A stretch of 64,000 nt of DNA from a virus. The notes beneath the pieces were generated by a model. The model saw nothing but the letters and a program-made list of their open reading frames with translations, searched no databases and was not told where the DNA came from. Every line of letters starts with the position of its first letter. Position 1 is the first letter of the stretch. This document shows, piece after piece, positions 1 to 15,000 of the stretch. The position numbers and the translations under genes are program-made. The stretch is from positions 66,093 to 130,092 of the IMG/VR virus record IMGVR_UViG_3300030333_002570. The stretch is one strand, 5' to 3'.

Positions 1-1
1 T

Positions 2-3000
2 TTGAATGGTTTTAATGAGAATACAATCGTTCCTTTAGATAATATTTCTGGTAGTTTTGGTGAGAGTAAGAGACAATTTACTATTACTAGAAGTGGTGCA
101 AGATATGAACCTGTTGCTGATGAATATGTTCTTGCAGTTTATGATAATCGCCTATTAACTCCAAAAGTAGACTTTTTCCTTGATGGTGATCAGTTTATAT
201 TCTTAACTGCTCCATTAAACGGTAGATTCCTTTCATTGTATTCTATTGAAGCACCTATTCCTTCTTTTGGTGCTGGTGCAGTAGGTTATGCACGTATTAG
301 TGACTCTGGAGAACTAACTGATATTTCTATCAGTAAAAATGGTTCTGGATATAAGTCTGAATATCCTCCACAAATTTCTATTAATACTGAAAATGGTAGT
401 GGTGGTTCTGCAACTGCTCTTGTTAACGGTATTAAGTCAATATCTCTATTAGAAGGTGGTCAAGGTTATAGTAGTACCAACCCACCTGTAGTTCAAGTTC
501 AAGCACCAACTGCTCCTGGATCTACTGCTGCAACTGTAACTGCAACTGTAACTAATGGTGCTGTAAGTGACCTTAAAATCACTAATTCTGGTTCTGGATA
601 TACATTCACACCTAGAATCACTTTCAAGCAACCTGGAGGTGCTGTATTAGGCGTTCCAACCATTACTAATGGACAAGTTACTGCTGTAAGTATTACTAAT
701 GCTGGTTTTGGATATACAACTGTTCCAACAATCTATATTGATGAACCAACTGGTACAAACCCAATTAAAGCAGCATTTCAGGCAGTTTTAAGTAGTCAAG
801 GTGAAATTACATCTATTAATATACTAAATGCTGGTCAAGGGTATACAACTACTCCTAGAATGGCAGTTATTGACCCAGTAGGTGCTCAAGTTCTTGAAAC
901 TACTGTTGATAATCAAGGTAGAGTAATTAATATTGAATTATTAAGTGGTGGTGTAGGATATACTGATGTTCCTTCTGTTTATATTGTAGATAATAGAGTT
1001 GATGCTACTGGTGGATATGCTGGTGGAACTGGTGCTGTAGCAACTGCATCAATCTTTAATGGACAAATTACAGATATTAATATTAGTGCTTTTGGTGGTG
1101 GATATAGTCAAACTTCTCCTCCTGTAGTTGTTATTCAAGCACCTCCTGCTGCTGAAGCATCTGCGGAGATTGGTTTGAATGAAGTTACTGGTTTTACAGT
1201 AAATCAATCTGGTAGTGGGTATCAAAAGTCCCAATTAACTGGATGTGCTCGTGCTGCTTCGTCTATAACTTCATATACTGAAAGTGGTAACGCAGTATTT
1301 ACAAATAATACTAGTGCTGTTGCACATCCTGTAAATGAACCAATTAAGTGCTTAGATGCACTATTTGTTAAAAGATTACTCGATAAGTACACAGAACAGT
1401 ATTTACCAGATGTTCCTACGTTAGATTATGCTAAAATTGACGTTAGAACAGCAATTAAGACAATTAAGGACTTTTATAGTTCTAAAGGAACATCATATAG
1501 TATTGGATACCTTTTTAAACTACTTTATGGTGAGACAGTAAGTATATCTTATCCTAAAGATCAAATTATCAAACCATCTGCTGCAACTTGGTCTATTGAT
1601 ACTATTTTGCGTGCTACTTTGGTTAGTGGTGATCCTACAAATATTCAAGATGGTCTTTTAACACAAGAAGCAGATATTGCTGACCTTAATGTTAAAGAAG
1701 CAAGTGCTCTTGTAGAAAATTATATTTCAATTAGAACTTCTGAAGTTACCATTTATGAATTGGTTCTTTCTGAAGAAACTATTGCTGGAACCTTTATTGT
1801 TCCATATAAGACAAAACTTGCAGAACCTTTAGGTAAAGAAGATAGTATTATTACAGTTGACTCTACTATTGGTTGGCCAGAAAGAAACGGTGAATTTATT
1901 ATTGGAAGTTCAACTGATACTAGAGAAATTATTCAATATAAGGAAAAATCATTAAACCAGTTTATTGAGTGTACTAGATCAGTAAATGGTGTAGTTGAAG
2001 ATTGGGATTCTGCTACAGAGGTAAAATCAAACTTTAATGTTTATATTAATAAGGGAACTCCTCAAGAAGTAGTGATGAATATTGTTGGTATCGTTGATGC
2101 TCAACAAACAACTCTTACTGATACTGGATCTTACTACTTACCAGGAGATAAATTAACAGTTTCTAAATTAGGTGGAACTGGAACTACTCCTGAACTTACA
2201 ACTTGGTTGTATAATGTTAAAAAATTAATTAGTGTTACTAATGTAGCGTTTGGTGGTATTAATAACCAATCTGCAACTATTACTTGTGCTAATGATCACG
2301 GTCTTTTGGTAGGAGATCAGGTAACCATTTATGGTGCTAACCCAATTCTTTATAATGGAACATTCCTTGTAACATCTAGAGATAGTGATACTGTTTTCCA
2401 ATATGCACTACCTCAACCTGCAACAGTTATCCCACAGGGTAATATTCTTGTATCTATTGACCTTAATAAGGGTAAATCTACTAGTACTGCAATAAGCAAT
2501 GCTATTAGTCCTTATACAACTAACGTTCAAAACTCATTCTTTAATGATAATTACGTTTATGTTGCTTCTACTGGTATTCCAAACTATAATATTGGTCCTT
2601 TCCCAGGATCTGCTCTTCTTCCTGGTAACCAAAGAAAATTAACAAGATTCCCTAAAGTTCCGACTACTATATCAACTAAAGACCTTATTAGTTCTGGTCC
2701 TATTGGTACATGGGTAAATGGTGTTTCTGTATGGTCATATAAGTCAAATTTAACTAAGACATTCGGTGCTGTAACAAGTATTGGTATTACAAATGCTGGT
2801 TCTGGATATGATGCTGCATCTCCTCCTGCTATTACAATTGCTGGTGGAGGAGGTAGTGGTGCTACTGCTTCTGTAGTTGTTGATGGTTCTATTAGTGAAG
2901 TTACTGTAACTGACGGTGGATCTGAATATACATCCTCACCATTGGTCTCTATAGTCGGTGGAGGAGGGTCTGGTGCTGCTGCAACCGCTATTATCACTAA

Positions 3001-6000
3001 AGGTGTTGTTTCACGTATTCTAATTAATTCTGGAGGATCTGGATACACCTCACAACCTCAAATTACTATTGTAGGTGGAGGTGGTTCTGGTGCTTCTGCT
3101 ACTGCATCTGTTAGAGGTCCAATTAAGACTATTAATGTTACTTCTGGTGGTTCATCATATACATCTAATCCTACTGTTACTTTAAGTTCTGGTTCTGGTG
3201 CTGTTGCTCAAGCAATTGTACAGAATGGTCGTATTATATCGATTGCTATTATTTCAGCTGGATCTGGATATACTACTGCTCCTGAAATTACTATTCAAGG
3301 TGATGGTTTTGGTGCTGTTGCTAGAGCAACTATTGATGTTGATGGAGAAAATGCAGGTAGGGTTACTAATATTGAAATTATTAATAGAGGTATTGGATAT
3401 CTTCAAGGAACCACTATTATTAATTTAAATTCAGTTGGATCTAGTGCATTATTCACTCCAAATGTATTTAAGTGGACTTATAACTTACAATCAACTGCAA
3501 CTTTAGATAGTGCAAAAGGTGGAGTATTTGAAGGATATAATAACCAGTATGGTGGTGAATATGCTCACCTTTCAAACCCACAAACATTAAGATATATTTT
3601 AGGTGACAACCTTTTTGAATCAACTGGTGGTACAATATTAGAGAAAGAAGATTCTATTGTACACTCACCTATTATTGGTTGGGCGTTTGATGGTAACCCA
3701 ATCTATGGTCCTTATGGATACTCTGATCCAACCGATCAAGGTTCTGTAATTACTAGATTGAGCACTTCATATAGAGTTAAAACTGCCCTTGTTTATGACG
3801 CTGCTACTAACCCATACCCAGTTAGGGCTGATGGTCCTTTACTCACAGATACGGATACTAATGGTACTCTATTATATCCAGCTGGTGCTTTCGTTGAAGA
3901 TTATGAATATGTCTTTGGTTTAGGTGCATTAGATCAATATAATGGTCGTTTCTGTAAAACACCTGATTATCCAACTGGTAGATATTGCTATTTTGTCACT
4001 ATTGACAATACTACTGCTGGTAATCCTGAATTCCCTTATGTTTTAGGACCAAGTTTCAACTCTGTTGTAGATAAGTGGAATTTGAGTACATCTGCTGTTC
4101 AACAGAATATTCCTACTGGTGTTGTTCGTTATAGAGACCCATATGAAAATGTTGATATTGATGTAGATAGAGCACCTAACGTTTCTACTAATGCTTTAAC
4201 AACTGAAGATGGTGAAATACTATTATTTGAAGTAGAAGATGAAGATAGAAGTGGTGTTATAGATCAGGTAGAAATAGATGATCCAGATCAAATCTTTGAA
4301 GAATCACCTTTACAGTTATTTGATTACTTCCCTAAAGTAACATTTGATTCTAAAGTTGATATTGAAGTTGAAACTATTACTAAATTTGAAGATGCTTCTG
4401 TAACTGGATTTACTATTGAAAACCCAGGTATTAACTATCAGGTTAATGACCGTTTAAACTTTGATAATGAAGGAACTGACGGTACTGGTGTTTCTGCTCG
4501 TGTTTCTAGAATTAAGGGTGAAGCAGTCGAAAGTTATACTTTTGAAAACATTAGTGGACAAAATTTCGGTGTTTTAAAGACTACAGAACCACATAATTTA
4601 GTAGTTGGAGATAGTGTTTTTGTAACTTATAATCCAATAATGAACAACACAAATAAAACTTTTGTTGTTCGTCAATTTAAAGGTATTGAAGAAATTGTTG
4701 TTAATCAAACTGGTTCTGGTTATAATTCTGATATTCCTCCAACAATTACTATTGATAGTGCTACTGGAAGTGGTGGGGAATTACAAGCAGTTGTAACTTC
4801 TGTTGGATCTATTGAAAATGTTAATATCTTAAATTCTGGTTCTGGATATACAACAAACCCTCGTGTTATACTTTCACATCCACAGGTCTTTAAGAAAGCA
4901 GATTACTATGTTTCTAAGATTGATAATAATAATTACGTTAAAGTAAATGATGTTGTTGTTAATACAAACAAAGAAGTCTTTATTTGTGGTAAAACAAAAG
5001 ATGCAAATGGTAATAATGTTGGATTTGTTTCTAAATTATCTGCAACTGGTGTTAAAGAGTGGGAGAAAACTCTAGAACTTACTAGTGGACAACAGTACTG
5101 TGAATTTGAAAAACTTTATGTTGATGGAAATGATGTTTGGGTTGTTGGTAATAATAGACCAGAAAGCAATCTTTTAGATGCATATAACCCAGATGTTATT
5201 CTGGCAAAGTATACTCAAGCAGCAAATGGTCTTGCTGCTACATTGGCATTCCAGAAAGGATATGCTGGTATTTCAGGTTCTACTCGTGCTGATTCTGTAA
5301 CTGCTATTACTAAACTTTCTGATACCAGATTTGTTATTGGTGGTTATACAAATACAAACTCAACTGCTCCTTTTGATGGATATATTGCTCTAATTGATAC
5401 AACTGGTAACTTTGCAATTAAGAGAAAGGTTGCAGGTTCTAATACTTCAGAAAAAGTTACTGGTTTAGCAATTAATGCTGGTAATATTTACTTCTCATTA
5501 GAAAGTGCTGCAAGTCCTAATGCTACTGCTATTGATATTGGATTAGGTAAAGCAACAGTTGGTACTAGTACAATTACTATTGATTATGTTAAAACATATT
5601 CAAATACAGCATATTCATTCTTAGATTCTAGTCTTTGTATTGATGAATTTAATGAAGTTTATTTAACTGCAACTTGTAGACTTAAGGCAAATAATACAAC
5701 TAAGAATAGTTTCTGGGTCGGTAAGACAGATATTTCTGGTAATTTAATTTGGAATTATCGTTATCAAATACCTAATGAAAGTGGAACTGAATATGATGTT
5801 CAAACAGTAAACAAAACTGTAATTGATGTTTTTGGTGATCTTAATGTTGGTGTTACCTTAACAAGTGGAATTAATAGTCTGAAGAGTGCAAGATCCTTTA
5901 AGATTGGTTATAGTGGTAATTTAAAAGAACATTCAGCAAATGTCTTTAATATTAATAATATTGAAGGTCTTACTATTCATTCATTAGATGCTGATAATTC

Positions 6001-9000
6001 TGGTGATGTCCATTTATTCGGTCAATCTGCTTGGAATAGAAATGAATTTATATTACCATTTACAGGTGGAGCAACAACAGATACAACTGGTCACTATACT
6101 CCAACTATAGTAACTACAGGAGGTTCATTAAGTTATGAAAATACTGTCCAAGATGGATATGCCAAAATACTCGGATCTCAAACTGCAAGTCCAACTGTCT
6201 GGGAAAACGCTTACATTAAGTTCGCAGCTGCGGACCTTGGGACTAAACTTGCTGAAGATTGGACTATAGAATTCTTTCTCTATAGAGATAGCACAAATAC
6301 TAACGTATTCAGTCAGAATGAAGAGACTTTATTCTCTATTGGTGATGCAACAGTTACTACTGGTGGTCTTTGGTGTTATATTAATCAAAGTGATGGAAAA
6401 TTAGGATTTAGAGCAACTAATAGTACTACTGCATTAAATGCAGGATCTGCTTCATTATCTACACAATCTTCTTTATTCCCACTTAATACTTGGATAACAG
6501 TTGGTGTTAAGAAAGAAGGGGATGTCTTTAGCACATATGTTAATGGTATTGCTACAGGTAGCTGGACTATTGCTAGTACTTCATTAGGAAATAAGGATTT
6601 AATTATTGGTAATATCTCTGGTAGAAACGGAACTCTTAATAACTGGCGTTCAAATGAACAGGGACAATATCATATTGATAATTTACGTTTAAGAAATAGA
6701 GCAGTTACACCATCTGTTCCTTCTGATATTACTGTTGTTCCTGCTACTGGTCAATTCCCAATTGGATATAATTGGCAAGATGATGCTTGGTTTACTACTA
6801 ACCTAAACAAATTTGATTATATTGATTACACTGGTATTGGTATTAAAGTTGACAAAAATGCTGATGCATCAAGAATTGGCACTTATACAGAAAGAACTAA
6901 CACTAAATTAGGATTTGTTAGAACAGATGTAATAGGAACTACTATTACTCCTACTACAATGACTGTTGTAACAACAGGATTTGCATTAGCAGATGCTGGA
7001 TTCCAAGGTTTAGACTTTGACGATGCTACTACAACAATGTCTCAAGATACTGAGACTATGACTTATACTCAGGATGTATGGAGTTCTAGAACTGCTACTG
7101 TTCCATCTCCAGGTTCTCAGAAATTATCTGTATCTGCTGTAGTTAAAGACAAGTATTACTTTAAAGTAACGAATACTGTTAAGATTGATAATGTTCAAGA
7201 ACTTACTTTAAATCAGGCATTTAATTTTACCACAGGAACAAAATTAGTACTTAATAATGATGCAGGTACTTTTGTTAACAGTGGATATATTATTAGACAG
7301 GATGTTCCTAATAAGAAAATATATCTTGCTATTAATAATAATGCTTGGTCAAATGATTTAAATACAGGTAATTTAATTACAGAACAATTCAGTGAGCAGA
7401 GCACTTTTGGAATTGTCGGACCTATTCCTGCTGATATTAATGAAATATCAGGATATACGTTTGCTCAGGTTAATAATACAACTCCTGGTACATTTGATAT
7501 TGACCTAGACGACTATAACCTAGATGGCACTTATAATGCTGGTGGTAGTCAAGACCTCGATAGTTATGCTAAATTTAAACCTTATTCTGATGATGATTAT
7601 TCAATAAGAATTGATGAAGTTACTACTGGATCACCATATATTGTTGGATCTGTTATTAATATCAATAGTGGTAATATTTCATATAATGCTGCTTATTCTA
7701 CTGCTCAAATAACTGGATTAACTGCTGTTACAAAGATAACTTTAATTGCTAATCTAACTAAGATTATGCAAGTTAGTGCAGTGTCTAATAGTGACGAAGT
7801 TTATGTAATTACTGGAACAAGTCATTACCTAGATGCAGGTGATATGATCTATGTTGATGGTAACCCAACGGAAAATAGTCTTGATGAATATGATGGTGCA
7901 TTTGCTGTTAATAGTGTTGTAAGTCCATTAGAATTTACATATAAACTAAAACAGGTTGCTACAACTTCTCCTGCTACAACTGCAGGTAATGTAAGTATAT
8001 TTGTTAAATCTCCTGTATTGAAGATGTATTATGGTCACCAGTACATCTTTGACATGAGTCATAGTTCATTACTTGGTGGAAACTTATCATTCTCTAAAGA
8101 TAACTTATTTAAACTAGAGTATTCATTTAACTCAATTGAAAGGACTGGAACTCCTGGTGTTAGTGGAGAAGGTGTTCCTACACCTATAGTTAAGTTAAAA
8201 GTTGATGAAAATATTTTAACTAATATATCATACTACTTTGATCCTTCAAGAATTGGAGATGATTCTCCAATTGATCCTAGCAGTTACTTAGATGTTACTG
8301 ATTCTCCATATAAAGGTACTTTCTCTATTAGTTCTGTTGCTGGTGCAACAATTACTCGTGGTGCTGATGTATTTAAATTCCCTCTATTAAATGAACCAGA
8401 GGGTAATGCTGAAGTATCTCAAACAACTTATAGCACAAGTTCTGTTAAAGCAGTTGGATCTATTTCTGATGTTCGTATTGTTAACTCTGGTGGATTCTAT
8501 ACTAGACTACCAATTGTAAGCAGTATTACTTCAACAAGACAAATTGAAAGAGTTGCTATTGAGGATCCAGGAACTGAATATGCTGTAGGTGTGTATACTG
8601 GTGTTCCTATTGCTGGAAATGGTGAAGGTGGATTTGTAGAAATTACTGTTGCTGATGGATTAGATAGTGAAGGTGTAACTATTCCTGGTCAAATTAACTC
8701 TGTTGTAGTTACATCACCTGGTAAAAATTATACTACAGCAACTATTGATATTGAATCAATACCTGGTATTCTCGGTGCAGGATTAACTGGATCTGGTGCT
8801 ATATTAAATGTTGTTATTCCTAATGCAGGTACTCAAGCATCTATATTTACCAAAGCAGATAAAGTTGGTAAGATTAAGAAACTTAAGAATAATAACTTTG
8901 GTTATGATTATCCTCATGACTATACTTTACGTCCTGAGATTTCATTCCCAATTAACGCACAGTTAACATCTACAAGTATACTTTCTAGTATTACCGTTAC

Positions 9001-12000
9001 TAATCCAGGTTCAGGATATTCACAAGCACCTGCTGTTGTAATTACAGGTGGTGGTGGATCTGGAGCAACTGCTGAAGCAACAATTAAGAATGGTAGATTA
9101 GATCAAATTATAGTTAAGGATCCAGGTGCTGGTTATTCATCAACACCAACTGTTTCACTTAAATCTTCATTTAACTATGTTGTTAACCTTGACTTAGGTC
9201 TACTACAATTTGCTTTCCCACACGGTATTACAAATGGTGCTGCTATAACTTTAAATGTAGTTGATACTGGAGATGGTGCTGATTTCCCACTTGCTGCTGG
9301 TGCTGTTGGTCGTTTAAATGGATCTACAACTTATTATGCTATTTCTGGTGCAGCAAATTCATTAGAAAATGATCAATTAAAAATTGCACTTACTGCTGCT
9401 AACGCTGAATTGGGTGATGCTCTTTCCTTTGTTAACGCTGGTGAAGGTCGTCAACAGGTATTAACTGAATCATTTGGTGGTAGTGCTACTGCTAATGTTA
9501 TTACTTCTACCTTCTTAGAAGGAGAACTTGTTTATCAAGGTGAATCATTAGATACTGCAACTGCTACTGGATATGTTTCTACTAACCAAGGTTGGCAGAT
9601 CGGACCTAGAATTCTTAAGATTGTTGATTATACGGGAACATTCTCAGAGACCCAAAAAGTTACGGGTGTAATTTCTAAGTCTTCAGGTACTATTAGTGAT
9701 TTGAATATTGCTCGTGGTGTTCTTGAGATTGGTTCTATTACCAAAACTACTGGTCAGTTTATCGATGATGTTGGTAAACCATCCGAAATTATTCAGAAGA
9801 TTCAAGACTCTTACTATTATCAAGACTTCTCCTATGCTATTAAGTCTGCTGTTTCTATTAGTGAGTGGAAGGAAATTCTTATTAAGAACGTTCATCCTGC
9901 ATCATTTAAGGTATTTGGTGAGTTAAATCTATCTGATTATGGATTTATTCCAAATAAAGAGACTGATTTCCAACTTACTAAGTCTGTTGAACTTGCAAGA
10001 GAAGCAATAGTTCCAAATATTCAAAGTTTTGCTCTTGTAGAACCAATTTATTCAGAATTTAATAACACTGAAGTTCTATTCCGTCAAAAGAGATTAACTT
10101 CTTCTGAGAACATTCTAACTTCTGTTGTACAAAGAATTGATGATATTTCTGATCAATTTGATGGTGAAAAGATTGCATTCCCTCTAACAGTTGATGGTAA
10201 CACTGTTGTTGCTAACGCTAATCAGTTAATGATTGTTTTGAATGGTATTGTTCAGAACCCTGGAACTGCATTTGAGATTCAAGGTGATTCTATCGTCTTT
10301 AGTGAACCACCACAACCACCTGCAAGTGTTAAGTATGTTAATATTGAAATATCACAAATTTCAATTGTAAGTAATACATTTACTAACCAAAGTGGTATTT
10401 TCCCAAATCCAGGTAATATTTTAACTGGAACAAACTCTGGTGCTAAATTAACTGTTACTTCTGTTGTTGGTGATACTATATTTGGTTTTATTACAGAAGG
10501 AACATTTATTGCTGCAGAAAACGTAACTGTTAGTGCAACTGGATTTAGTGCTAACCTTGATGTTCAAAGTAGTGTAAGTAATATTGGATTATTCCAGTAC
10601 GGTGAACAAGTTAAGAACTTAACTAATGATACTGCTAAGGTTGAGCAAATCAACCTTCAGAGAGGTTTGGAGAATGCATTAGCAAAATTACGTTATACAG
10701 TTGGTCCTTCTACTCTTCAAATAGAAGTAGTTCCTCCAAATAGCACTACAGACGGTCCTGTTGCTACTGATACATTTACGGTTGATCAAAATTATCAACT
10801 TGGATCTGAAGTTGTTAAAGTTACTAATATTGTTGACGGTAATGATTCTACAACATTAACAGTTTCCAGAGCACAAAATGGAACTATTGCATCACAACAT
10901 CAAGAAGATTTCCCAATTTACGGAACTCTATTAACGGTGACAACTTCTCTTACTTTAAGTAAGACAGCTGGAACTTATAAGTCTACTCCTGGTCTATTTG
11001 ATATTCAGTTAAATGATATCATTATTGGTGCTAAGTCTGGTGTTGTTGCTCGTGTTACACAAACAAGTGCATATCAAGATCCTACAACTCAAGAGTTTAT
11101 AAGTCAGGTTAATATTTCTGAAGGTTCTTCCTTCTTTGGATTGTTGATGAACAGAATTACTTCTCAGACATATCCAAACGTTGTTCTTGATGATATTTCT
11201 AAATCTCAAGTTAGTGTTGTTCAGTACACTGATAATTCTACTGCTTTCAACTCACAGTTCCCTGCTAATGAACAGATTAATAACATCGTAGTTCCTTACG
11301 ATAATCTAGTTGGTGGTCCTATTCAAGAGAATGAAACTATCAGAAATTACAAACTTAAGTATGGTGGAAATACTGGTGAATTTATTGCTGGAGAAAGTGC
11401 TAGAGCAAGAAAACTTTCTTATGTTAATCCTAAAGGTGATGGATTCTTTGCTACTGGTCAGGTAATTAGAACTCAAGATACAAAAGCAGAAGTTCTTGGA
11501 TTTAATCAGGCAGATCAAGTGATTTACCTTGGTAAAGTTGGTAGAACTAAAGCGAATGGTCAAGATTATCATATCCCATCATTCTCTAATAGTGCTCAAC
11601 TCGATACTACAGTTAAGTACTATGGAACTGCTTCACTACAATTAGTAGCAGCAACTAATGATTATGTTACTATTCCTTCTTCAAGTGAATTTGCTTTTGG
11701 AACAGGTGCATTTACTATAGATCTAATGTTACGTCCTGCAGCAAGTTCTTTAAGTGGAACTGCTACTATACTTGACATGAGAGCATCTGCTGCAAATGAA
11801 GTTGCTGGTAGACTTTACTTAGAAGCTGGTCAAGTTCGTTGGAATGTTAGTAATGCTGATGTAGTTACTTCTGGTGCAACAACTCTTAGTGCAGATACTT
11901 GGGTTTTAATATCCATTATGAAGTCTTCTACTACAACTAAGATTTTATTAAATGGAGTTGAAGCAGGTACTGCAACAGATAATACAACTTATATTGCAAA

Positions 12001-15000
12001 ACCAATTAGATTAGGTTCTGATTATGCTGGTACTAATAGTTTTACTGGATTCATTGATGAGTTAAGAGTATCTAATACTAACCGTCATCAAACAATTCCA
12101 TTTACTCCTCAGAATGGTATTTGGCAAGGTGATGCTCAAGCTAAGTTATTATTACACTTTGATGGTGCTGATGCTCAAACATGGGTTGATGATTGGTCTG
12201 GTGCAGAAGGATTTACTGCTGGTGAAGACTTTAATAATGATGCTATAATATCTTCAACTCGTTCTTCTAATGCTACTCCTGGTGGATTTACTGGTAACAC
12301 ACAAAGATATTATGATGCTGCTGATTTAATTCTTCTTAATAAGGAATTCCTTGCTCAAGAAGTTGTTTATATTCTAAAAGAAAGACATCCTCATCATACT
12401 GTTAAGGGTAGTGAAGTTGATTGTGAAGATGATGTTCGTGATGTATTAGATGCTGTTATTGATGACCTTCGTAATGGAACAAATAATAAGATTTGGGATG
12501 CATCTTCTTACTATGTTGATAGAACATCATCACCTATTGTATTGAAGTTTGTTTCTAATGAAGTTGATGAAGTAGTTTACACTTATGATAAACTTGAGGA
12601 AATGCTCAAGTATATTGTTAATAATACTCTTTGGGATGTTCAAGGTGATCATGGATTAGTACAAAAGACAGATTCTACTATTACAGAATCTAGTGGATTA
12701 ACTACACAAACTTTCCAACCTACTGGAGCATCATATGATGCAGCAAGTGGTTATATGGTTTTAACTGCTTCTGGACACGGTATGAGATCAGAGAGAGCAA
12801 TTACTGCAACAGATGCTGCTTATACTGCAACAACAGGTATTTTACAATTAACAGTTGCTACCTCTACATTTAGTGTTTCTACTGCAACTTATGACCATAC
12901 AACTGGTGTTATGGTAATAACAATTGGTTCTCATAGTTTGACAACCAATGATAATATTAGAATTGCTACTGGTGGAATCACATTTAGTTGTGACAATGGT
13001 GGAGTTAGTACTGGTGCATATCCTCGTTCATCTGGTGCTAATACAGAAAGTGGTGCTGACTATGCATACGATAGATGGCTTCCAATTCTTGCTGTAGGTG
13101 CAACAACTATTACTGTTAATGTTAACGGTGGTAAGGGTGCTATTAGTCATGCCTTTGCACACACATATTCAACTTCTTCTGCAGGATGTATTACTGCTGG
13201 TCATGGTCTTAATGATGGAGATAGAATCAAGTTTGATCCTAATTCTCTTGTAATGAATTGCACCTCTGATGGTAATACAGTTAATCAGAGTTATCCAAGA
13301 CCTGATGATCCTGCTGCTCAAGGTTGGTTAGAAGTTACAGCAAATACTGGTACTACATTTGATGTAAATGTTGGTAAATCACCTACTGTGAATTATACAG
13401 CAACTGCTGGAACTTATAATGCTGATACTGGTTTCTTAACCATGAATATTGGTCAACATAATCTAAGAACTGGTAGAAAATATACTGCAACTAATGCTGA
13501 ATATACTGCAGCTTCAGGTGTAATGAAGATTACTATTGGTGATAGTATTGATGTTTATGATGCAAGTTATACTGCTAAAAATGGTCTATTAAAATTAAAT
13601 ATTGGTCATCATAACTTTAAAAAAGGTAGTTTAGTTAAGATTGCTCCTAACTCACTATTCTTTACTTGTAGTATGGATGATTATCAGTCAGTTCATGCAT
13701 ATCCAAGATCAAGTGATCCTGTTTATAATGATGATATTGAAATTATTGATATAACTGATGAAACTATTACTGTTGATGTAGGAACTTCTCCAGAAGTTTC
13801 ATATACACCTACTGGTGCAACTTATGACATCAATACAGGTGATATGGTACTTACTATTGGTTCTCATAGTTTAGCAGTTGGAACTAGCATAAGACTTTTA
13901 GATGAATCTATATCATTTAGTTGTAGTTTTGGTAGTGGTGGTACTAGTGCATATCCTCGTCCTTTAGTTGATACTGCAAATATAAGCACAGCATCTTACA
14001 ATCCTCAGACTGGAATCTTCTCAGTAACAACTACTGCTGCACATAACTTAACTGGTCCTACTGCTAAAAATGTTACTGATGCTACTTACAATCCATCTAC
14101 AGGTATTTTACAGTTAGAATCTGGAGGTCATAACTTTGCTGTTGGTGATAAGATAAGAATTAAGGATGATTCTTTAGTATTTACTTGCACTAAAGATGGA
14201 AATGCAACAAACCATACATATCCAAGATCAACTGATCCTGTAAGTGGACAATGGTTAACTATTGTTGCTAGAGCAACTAATACTTTTGATGTTCAGGTTG
14301 GTGCTTCTAAGATTGGTTTAAATGAATTTGCTCATACATGGGCTGGTGGTACTGCAACTAATGCAGTTGAGAAAGCAAATGATGTAATTAAATTTGCTGA
14401 TAATTCAATGACATTTACTTGTGCATTGGATGGTGGTGCAACACAACATCAATATCCAAGGACAACTGATCCTGTAAGTGATAAGTGGTTGATTGTTGAA
14501 AATGTTGGATCAACTACTTTTGATGTTCAAGTTTTAGATAACGCTCCTTCTACTAATACATCTGCACATACATTTGTTAGTGCAACAACTGGTGCTGTTA
14601 AGATTAAGAGAGATCCTGCTCAAGGAACTGCTCTTCCAATCACTGCTGTAGGTGCTACAACTATTACGGTTAATGTTACACCTATTACTTCTTATAGTTC
14701 ATCATCTCATACATTCCAATCTGCATCTCAAGGTGCTGTTAAGGTTGGTGGTGATTACACTCATAAATTTGTAGATGCTGCTTCTGGTGCTGTTATTCCT
14801 CATCACGGATTCTATATTGGTGATAGAATAATGTTTGAGGAAGGATCATTAGTCTTTACTTGTGGTATGGATAGTGATGCTACTAGACATGCATATCCAA
14901 GAGAAAGTGATCCATTCTACAATAAATGGTTACCAATTAGTAGTGTAACTACAAATACCTTTAATGTTGATGTTGGATCAACTACTAATACAACATTTAC

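Noticed and set aside
2-4. TTG as start codon of the giant ORF
   Set aside because: It is only the first in-frame start at the window edge. The N-terminal domain is incomplete, so the gene begins upstream.
420-1250. GxGY repeats at the start of the giant ORF (and 2760-3450) as a possible third nest
   Set aside because: They parse adequately as tandem units, and I found no run of orphan closing strands.
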